Source: an uncultured Planctomycetia bacterium
GTDB taxonomy: Bacteria > Omnitrophota > Gorgyraeia > 2-02-FULL-51-18 > JAGOUK01
Length of the DNA stretch: 24,000 nucleotides
NCBI GenBank assembly: GCA_964430735.1
Contig: CAYSFB010000011.1
Coordinates: 7,865 to 31,864 of the forward strand
Direction: 5' to 3'
Under the pieces are notes generated by a model that was not told the origin of the DNA, did no database searches, and was given only the letters and a program-made list of their open reading frames with translations. Shown here piece by piece: positions 15,737 through 24,000 of this stretch; position 1 is the stretch's first letter, and each line of letters starts with the position of its first letter. The translations under genes and the position numbers were made by a program.

Positions 15737-17239
15737 TCAAGCGCAGCAGGTGCTGGAGGTCGTGAGGTTGGCGCCGGCAAGCTTGGGGGCGGACTCGGCC
15801 GACGGAGTCCAGCGCAGGTTGGGCTTGCGCGCGGCCAGAACTTCGTCGATGCGCTTGATCGGCGTGCGGGTCGGCGCGTCGAGCACGGCCTGAGGGTTCG
15901 TTTCGGCCTCGTGCGCGATCTCGATCATGACGTCGGCGAATTTATCGAGCACTTCCTTGGCTTCCGTCTCGGTCGGCTCGATCATCATCGCCTCTTCCAC
16001 GATCATCGGGAAGTAGACGGTCGGCGCGTGCAGGCCGAAATCGAGCAGACGCTTGCCGATGTCGAGGGCGCGGACGCCCTTGGCCTTCTGCTTCCTGGCC
16101 GAGCAGACGAATTCGTGCATGCAATGTTCGTCGTGCGGCAGGTCGTAATGCTTGGCGAGGCGCGCCTTCAGATAATTGGCGTTGAGCACCGCGTTGACCG
16201 ACACTTCCTTCAAACCCTCGGCTCCGAGCGCCTTGATGTAGCAATACGAGCGCAGGAAGGCGCCGGCGTTGCCGTAGAACGACCGGAGACGGCCGATGGA
16301 ATGAGGGCGGTCGTAGTCCCAGGCGAGCTGGTCGCCGGAGGTCTGCTTGAGGCGCGGATACGGCAGGAACTTCTCGAGATGCTTCTTCACGCCGACAGGG
16401 CCGGAGCCGGGACCGCCCGCGCCGTGCGGAACGGCGAAGGTCTTGTGCAGGTTCACGTGCACGACGTCGAAGCCCATGTCGCCGGGACGCGCGATACCGA
16501 GGAGGGCGTTCATGTTGGCGCCGTCGTAATAGACCTGACCGCCGGCCGCGTGGACGATCTGGGTGACCTGCTTGATATTCGTTTCAAAAATGCCGAGCGT
16601 GCTCGGATTGGTGAGCATGAAGCAGGCGGTCAGCGGGCCGACCTTGGCCTTCAAGTCTTCGAGGTCGACACGGCCTTTGGCGTCGGTCTTCACCGTGACC
16701 ACTTCGTAACCGCAGAGCGCGGCTGAGGCGGGGTTCGTCCCGTGCGCCGAGTCGGGCACGAGCACCTGTGTGCGCTTCTGGCCGTTGGCCTTGTGATACG
16801 CGCTCACCATGAGAAGCCCGGCGAACTCGCCGTGCGCGCCGGCGGCCGGTTGCAGCGAAAAAGCATCCATGCCCAGGATCTCGCCGAGCTGAGACTCGAG
16901 CTCCTGGATGATCCGGAGCATCCCCTGCACCTGAGTCTCGTCCTGATACGGATGGATGCGCGAATAAAAGGGCCACGCGGTGATCTGGTCGTTCACCTTG
17001 GGGTTGTACTTCATCGTGCACGAGCCCAGCGGATAAAAGTTGGTGTCCACGCAGAAGTTCTGCTGGGACAGGCGCGTGAAGTGGCGCACGACGTCCAGCT
17101 CCGCCGCTTCCGGCAGATGCGTCGAAGTCTTACGGAACGCATTCGCGGGAAAGAACTTGGCGGCGTTAAAACCTTTTTCCGGCGCGGGCAAGTGATCGCC
17201 GAGGTTCAGGGATTTTTTTTCAAAAAGGAGTTTGCTCAT
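15737..17239 (-). CDS. gcvPB: Glycine dehydrogenase (decarboxylating) subunit 2
   Basis: From ATG 17239 ([18 protein letters not shown]...). [61 protein letters not shown] (PLP lysine). Confidence 0.97.
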   Translation of the reverse strand: MSKLLFEKKSLNLGDHLPAPEKGFNAAKFFPANAFRKTSTHLPEAAELDVVRHFTRLSQQNFCVDTNFYPLGSCTMKYNPKVNDQITAWPFYSRIHPYQDETQVQGMLRIIQELESQLGEILGMDAFSLQPAAGAHGEFAGLLMVSAYHKANGQKRTQVLVPDSAHGTNPASAALCGYEVVTVKTDAKGRVDLEDLKAKVGPLTACFMLTNPSTLGIFETNIKQVTQIVHAAGGQVYYDGANMNALLGIARPGDMGFDVVHVNLHKTFAVPHGAGGPGSGPVGVKKHLEKFLPYPRLKQTSGDQLAWDYDRPHSIGRLRSFYGNAGAFLRSYCYIKALGAEGLKEVSVNAVLNANYLKARLAKHYDLPHDEHCMHEFVCSARKQKAKGVRALDIGKRLLDFGLHAPTVYFPMIVEEAMMIEPTETEAKEVLDKFADVMIEIAHEAETNPQAVLDAPTRTPIKRIDEVLAARKPNLRWTPSAESAPKLAGANLTTSSTCCA

Positions 17240-17250
17240 AAGATTTTTCC

Positions 17251-18591
17251 TTACGCCTTCCGGATCGCTTCGGCGAGGGCGGCGATCTCTTCGTCGGTGC
17301 GCTGTTCGGTCACGGCCACGAGGTAACGTCCCTGCCAATCCTTGCGGAAACGGCCCAGATGCAGCGGACCGATGAGCCGCGCGGCTTCGAAGGATTTGGC
17401 CAGCGCCTTGGGATCCTTGTCGATCGACACGGTGAATTCATTGAAGAACGCCGCGTCGGAAAAAGGCTTCACGCCGGGGACCCTGGTCAATTGGTCAAAG
17501 GCCTTATGACTCTGCTGGACGTTGAGTTCGCCCATGCGCTTGAAGCCGTTGGGGCCGAGCGTGGCCAGGAAGATGAGGCCTTTGAGCGCGCAGAGCATGT
17601 GATTGGTGCAAATGTTGGAGGTCGCCTTCTCTCGGCGGATGTGCTGTTCGCGGGCCTGGAGCGTGAGGACGAAGGCGCGTTTGCCTTCCTTGTCCTGCGT
17701 GATGCCCGAGATGCGGCCGGGAAGCTTGCGCATATGCGCTTCCTTCACGGCGAAGAATCCGAAGTGGGGTCCGCCAAACGCAACGGAATTGCCCAGCGGC
17801 TGGCCGTCGCCGACGGCGACGTCCGCGCCCGTTTCGCCGGGCGGCGTGAGCAGGCTCAAAGAAAGCGGGTTGACGGACGCGATCACGATCGCGCCGGCGG
17901 CCGACGCGACGGCGGCCAGGTCGGCCGTCTCTTCGACATAGCCGAGGAAATTGGGGTTCTGGTACACCAGCGACGCGGTGTTGGAGTCGACGAGTTTTTT
18001 GAGCGAGTCGATGCCGGTCTTGCCGCCCGTGTGCGGGGCGAGGACGATCTCGCACGGGATGTCGGTGAGATACGTCCGGACCGTTTCGATCGTTTCGGGA
18101 TGCAGGAGCTCGGAGAGGATCACTTTTTTGCGATCCGAACCGCGCAGGGACATGAGGACCGCTTCGGCCACGGAGGACGCGCCGTCGTACATCGACGCGT
18201 TGGAAACGTCCATCGCGGTGAGCAGGCAGATCATCGTCTGGTATTCGTAAATCGCCTGCAGCGTGCCCTGGCTCGCCTCGCCCTGGTAGGGCGTGTAGGC
18301 CGTGATGAACTCGCTGCGCGTCGCCAGCTGGTTCACGATGGCCGGAATGTAGTGGTCGTAGGCGCCGGCGCCGAGGAAGCAGGCGTTGCGGTCGGCGTGC
18401 GCGTTCTTCTGGCCGCGCTTCTTGAGGTCGCCCAACAACTCCATCTCAGACATGCCGCCAGGGAGCTTGAGACCGGATGCCGGGACGCGCAAGTCGGACG
18501 GAATGCCCGACAGGAGCTCTTCGAAGCTCTTCACGCCGATGGTGCGGAGCATTTCCTTTTTATCGGACTCGGTGTTGGCGACGTATTGCAT
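17251..18591 (-). CDS. gcvPA: Glycine dehydrogenase (decarboxylating) subunit 1
   Basis: From ATG 18591 ([31 protein letters not shown]...). [73 protein letters not shown]. Confidence 0.97.
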   Translation of the reverse strand: MQYVANTESDKKEMLRTIGVKSFEELLSGIPSDLRVPASGLKLPGGMSEMELLGDLKKRGQKNAHADRNACFLGAGAYDHYIPAIVNQLATRSEFITAYTPYQGEASQGTLQAIYEYQTMICLLTAMDVSNASMYDGASSVAEAVLMSLRGSDRKKVILSELLHPETIETVRTYLTDIPCEIVLAPHTGGKTGIDSLKKLVDSNTASLVYQNPNFLGYVEETADLAAVASAAGAIVIASVNPLSLSLLTPPGETGADVAVGDGQPLGNSVAFGGPHFGFFAVKEAHMRKLPGRISGITQDKEGKRAFVLTLQAREQHIRREKATSNICTNHMLCALKGLIFLATLGPNGFKRMGELNVQQSHKAFDQLTRVPGVKPFSDAAFFNEFTVSIDKDPKALAKSFEAARLIGPLHLGRFRKDWQGRYLVAVTEQRTDEEIAALAEAIRKA

Positions 18592-18617
18592 GTTCGGCTC
18601 GGGCTTCCGGGGGTTCT

Positions 18618-19007
18618 TTAGTGGGCGTGGTGTTTGGTTTCGTCGTACTTCTTGGCGTCGAGCAGGTTCGCGAGCTCGGCGGGGTTCGACAGCTCGATCT
18701 CGAAGAGCCAGCCGTCGCCGTAAGCGGACTGGTTGACGATGCCGGGGTCGGAAGCGACCTTGTCGTTCACCTTCGTGATCTTGCCGGACACCGGCGAGTA
18801 AATGTCGAACGCGGCCTTGACCGATTCGATCACCATGCAGGATTCCTTCTGCTTCACGACGCGGCCGGCCTTGGGCAGCTCGATGAAGACGACGTCCGAG
18901 ATCTCGCGCTGGGCGTGGTCCGAAATTCCGACCGTGCCCTTGTTGCCTTCGACGCTGATCCACTCGTGGGATTCGAGGTATTTGAGTTTGGAGAGATCCA
19001 ATGCCAT
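18618..19007 (-). CDS. gcvH: Glycine cleavage system H protein
   Basis: From ATG 19007 (MALDLSKLKYLESHEWISVEGNKGTVGISDHAQREISDVVFIELP...). Lipoylation motif ESVKAAFDIYSPVSG. Confidence 0.97.
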   Translation of the reverse strand: MALDLSKLKYLESHEWISVEGNKGTVGISDHAQREISDVVFIELPKAGRVVKQKESCMVIESVKAAFDIYSPVSGKITKVNDKVASDPGIVNQSAYGDGWLFEIELSNPAELANLLDAKKYDETKHHAH

Positions 19008-19033
19008 GGTGTTTTCCTTCCTTATTATAAAAG

Positions 19034-20140
19034 TTACAAATGCCGGATCGGCGTGAACGGCAGCTTGACGACTTCGATCGGGACGCGGCGGCCGTGGACT
19101 TCCATCTCGAGCTGCGTGCCGACGGCGGCGAGGTCCGCCGCGACATGCGCGAGGCCGATGCCGATCTTGAGACTCGGCGAATACGTGCCGCTGGCGGCTT
19201 TGCCGACGGCTTGGCCGTCCTTCAAAATAACATATCCGTCGCGCGCGGGCGCCTTGTCGTTGACCTTGAAGCCGACGAGTTTCTGGGCAATGCCGGCGGC
19301 TTTTTTGGCGGCGAGGGCGTCCTTGCCGACATACTGCTTCGTGCTCGTGACAAGCCAGGCCAGGCGGCCGTCGTAGGGCGTGCGGGTTTCGTCGTATTCG
19401 TGGCCGTAAAGGCCGTTGCCGGCTTCCAGGCGCAGCGTGTTGCGGGCGCCGAGACCGCACGGGATGAGGCCGAACTTTTTGCCTTCGGTGACGAGACGGT
19501 CCCAGATGGGAAGGAGAACGTCGGGACCGGCGAAGATCTCGAAGCCGTCCTCCCCCGTGTACCCGCTTCGCGAGATCCACGCGAGGTTGTTCGACCCTTC
19601 GAGCGTCTTGAAGGTGTAATAACCGAGATTTTTTGCGCCCTTGTCGAACAGCGCGTCGATCACTTCGACGGCGCGCGGGCCCTGGACCGCGATGCAGCCG
19701 CAATGCTCGCTGAAGTCGGCGACGACCGCGTCGGGCTTGGCGTATTTTTGAATATGCTTTTCGACCTTCGCGATGTTCGAGGCGTTCACGATGAGGTAGA
19801 AGCTGTCGAACGCGTCCTGATAAATGATGATGTCGTCGAGGATGAAGCCCTGCTCGTTCAGAACGACGGTGTAGAGCATCCGGCCGTCGGTGAGCTTGTC
19901 CATGGCCGTCGGAACGACGGATTCGAGGAAGGCGCGGGCGCCCGCTCCCTTCACGGCGATCTCGCCCAGGTGCGACACGTCGAAGATGCCGACGCCGTTG
20001 CGGACGGCGAGGTGCTCTTCCATGATCGACGTGTACTGGATCGGGAGTTCGTAACCGGCGAAGGGCACGATCTTGCCGCCGAGCGCGACGTGGCGGCTGT
20101 AAAGGGGGGTGCGCTTCAGTTGGATGTCGGTGGTGGTCAT
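19034..20140 (-). CDS. gcvT: Aminomethyltransferase (glycine cleavage T protein)
   Basis: LKRTPLYSRHVALGGKIVPFAGYELPIQYTSIMEEHLAVRNGVGIFDVSHLGEI...SRSGYTGEDGFEIF...CGLGARNTLRLEAGNGLYGHE. Confidence 0.97.
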   Translation of the reverse strand: MTTTDIQLKRTPLYSRHVALGGKIVPFAGYELPIQYTSIMEEHLAVRNGVGIFDVSHLGEIAVKGAGARAFLESVVPTAMDKLTDGRMLYTVVLNEQGFILDDIIIYQDAFDSFYLIVNASNIAKVEKHIQKYAKPDAVVADFSEHCGCIAVQGPRAVEVIDALFDKGAKNLGYYTFKTLEGSNNLAWISRSGYTGEDGFEIFAGPDVLLPIWDRLVTEGKKFGLIPCGLGARNTLRLEAGNGLYGHEYDETRTPYDGRLAWLVTSTKQYVGKDALAAKKAAGIAQKLVGFKVNDKAPARDGYVILKDGQAVGKAASGTYSPSLKIGIGLAHVAADLAAVGTQLEMEVHGRRVPIEVVKLPFTPIRHL

Positions 20141-20198
20141 AAATCCAAAACGACCGGTTAACGCTGCAAGAACTTCGGGATCCGGAGAAGGAGTAAAT

Positions 20199-22233
<2,035 letters not shown>

Positions 22234-22237
<4 letters not shown>

Positions 22238-23373
22238 AGGAGTTTTTGCAGCGCCGCGACGAGGCGTCGGATGTCGTCGCCGGTGTGTTTGACGGTCACG
22301 GTGAGCCGGATGCGGTCCGTGCCCTTGGGAACGGTCGGCGGGCGGATGGCGACGCCGAGAATGCCCGCCGCGCGGAGCCGGTCGGCCAGCTCCAGTGTCC
22401 GGCGCGTGTCGCCGATCATCAGAGGGATGATCGGCCCTTCGGAGGCGCCGAGGTCGAGTCCGAGCGCCTTCAAATGGACGCGCGCGAAGTCGACGCGTCC
22501 CCAGAGCTCGTCGCGGATCGCGTCGGTTTTTTCGACGATATTGAGCGCGGCGAGCGCGGCGCCGCAGAGCATCGGCGAGACGCCGGTCGTGTAAATGAAG
22601 GTCCGCGCCTTGTTGATCAAAAAGTCTTTGAGCTCGGCCGAACCCGCTACAAAACCGCCCTGGCTCCCCAGCGACTTGGACAGCGTGCCAACGATCGCGG
22701 TCACGCGGCGCGTCAGTTTTTTTTCGTGCAAAAGACCGCGGCCATGGTCGCCGTACACGCCAAAGGCATGCGCCTCATCGACCACGAGCATCGCGCCGGC
22801 ACGCTCGCAGATGTCGACCAGCTCTTCCAGCGGCGCGAGGTCGCCGTCCATGCTGAAGTAGCTGTCGGTGAGAACAAGGCGTTTGCCGGTGCAGGGTTTT
22901 TTAAAAAGTTCGCGGAGTCTGGCCGTGTCGCGGTGCGGATAGACCTTGAGCTTGGCGCCGGACGCGCGGGCGCCGTCGACGAGCGAGGCGTGAACGAAAC
23001 GGTCGATGTAGACCTCGTCCCCCGAGCCGACCAGCGCCTGGATCACGCCGAGATTGGTCTGGAACCCGGACGGAAACACGAGCGCGGCTTCGGTCCCGAC
23101 CCATTTGGCGAGGCGCTCTTCAAGCTCCTCGTGGATCGCGGTCGTTCCGCAGACCAGACGCGACGCGCCGGCGCCGGTTCCCCAGGAGTTGGAGGCTTTT
23201 TGGGCGGACCGGATCACGTCCGGATGAAACGCGAGGCCGAGGTAGTCGTTGGAAGAAAAATTGATGAGCTCCGCGCCGTCCGCGCGCACGTGCACGCCCT
23301 GTGGCGTCTCCCCGACGCGGAGGCGGCGGTGCAGATGAGAGGATTTGAGCGCGTCCAGTTCGGACTGGAACAA
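22234..23373 (-). CDS. bioF: 8-amino-7-oxononanoate synthase
   Basis: INFSSNDYLGLAFHP, WGTGAGASRLVCGTTAIHEELEERLAKWVGTEAALVFPSGFQTNLG, LVVDEAHAFGVYGDHGRG, VGTLSKSLGSQGGFVAGS. Confidence 0.96.
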
Positions 23374-23380
23374 GGCGGGC

Positions 23381-24000
23381 TTATCCGCAGCAGCCGGCGG
23401 AGGTCAGGCGGACGCGGTCTTCGGGCTTGGTGGTCACAGCCGCTTTGCCGGACGACGACACGCAGCCGTTTCCGCCGCCGACTTCGAAACCCAAGTCGCG
23501 CAGCATCTGCAAGTCCTGTTCGGAACTGCGGCCCAGCGTCGTGAGGTAATTGCCGAGAATGAGGCCGTTGGCGCCCGCGCCCATGGCCATCGCCTGCAGG
23601 TCGCGCAGGTTCACTTCGCGGCCGCCGGCGATCTTGATCGTGCTGTGCGGCAGGATGAGACGGAACAGCGCGATGTATTTGACGATCTCCATCGGCTGAA
23701 GCGGCTTCAAGTCGGCGAACGGTGTGCCGGTCCGAGGGTTGAGAATATTGAGCGGAACGCAGTTGGCCTTGATTTTCTTGAGCTCGAACGCGAGCTCCAG
23801 CCGCTGAACCGGCGTCTCCCCCATGCCGAGGATGCCGCCCGAGCAAGGATAGATCCCGTAATCCTGAACCATTTGGACGTGGTTCACGCGGTCCATGTAA
23901 GTGTGGGTCGACACGACTTTGTCGAAGTGGCTTTGGCAAGCTTCGAGGTTGTGGTTGTTGCGGAAAAGACCGGCTTCCTTGAGCCGGGCGACCTGTTCGG
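23381..24000 (-). CDS. bioB: Biotin synthase, C-terminal part; gene runs off the right edge
   Basis: Reading continues through the edge: EQVARLKEAGLFRNNHNLEACQSHFDKVVSTHTYMDR...CSGGILGMGETPVQRLELAFELKKI...VPLNILNPRTGTPF...KIAGGREVNLRDLQAMAMGAGANGLILGNYLTTLGR. The track's ATG at 23914 is internal. Confidence 0.95.
   Translation of the reverse strand, partial: EQVARLKEAGLFRNNHNLEACQSHFDKVVSTHTYMDRVNHVQMVQDYGIYPCSGGILGMGETPVQRLELAFELKKIKANCVPLNILNPRTGTPFADLKPLQPMEIVKYIALFRLILPHSTIKIAGGREVNLRDLQAMAMGAGANGLILGNYLTTLGRSSEQDLQMLRDLGFEVGGGNGCVSSSGKAAVTTKPEDRVRLTSAGCCG

Noticed and set aside
20141-20198. Looked for a glycine riboswitch before gcvT
   Set aside because: The intergenic space is only 58 bp, following the bioD stop directly, and shows no recognisable glycine aptamer core.

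Overview
All confidently supported genes in this window are on the minus strand. From right to left (transcription order) they are: (i) a biotin/glycine-cleavage block: bioB (5'-truncated by the window edge), bioF, bioA, bioD, gcvT, gcvH, gcvPA, gcvPB, then a lipoyl/octanoyl-transfer family protein; (ii) a pyruvoyl-dependent arginine decarboxylase with its own promoter and terminator; (iii) a small coiled-coil lipoprotein, a small two-TM protein and tRNA-Leu(CAG); (iv) smpB and ssrA (tmRNA), then a zinc-ribbon-like hypothetical protein; (v) a Crp/Fnr-family regulator; (vi) a chemotaxis operon: MCP, cheV, MCP, secreted Cache-like protein, cheW, cheR, cheB, cheA (3'-truncated by the window edge). 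I see no CRISPR array, phage, transposase or defence system. The observations most worth a second look are: a ~1.01 kb near-identical tract (3 mismatches seen) shared by the two MCP genes; a stand-alone secreted paralogue of one MCP's sensor domain; a tmRNA whose predicted tag is long and ends in ...SPVAL instead of ...LAA; two long imperfect inverted-repeat elements (13110-13216 and 15580-15727); and Crp/Fnr-like palindromes between the crp/fnr-like gene and the chemotaxis operon. All comparisons were done by eye, with no database search.
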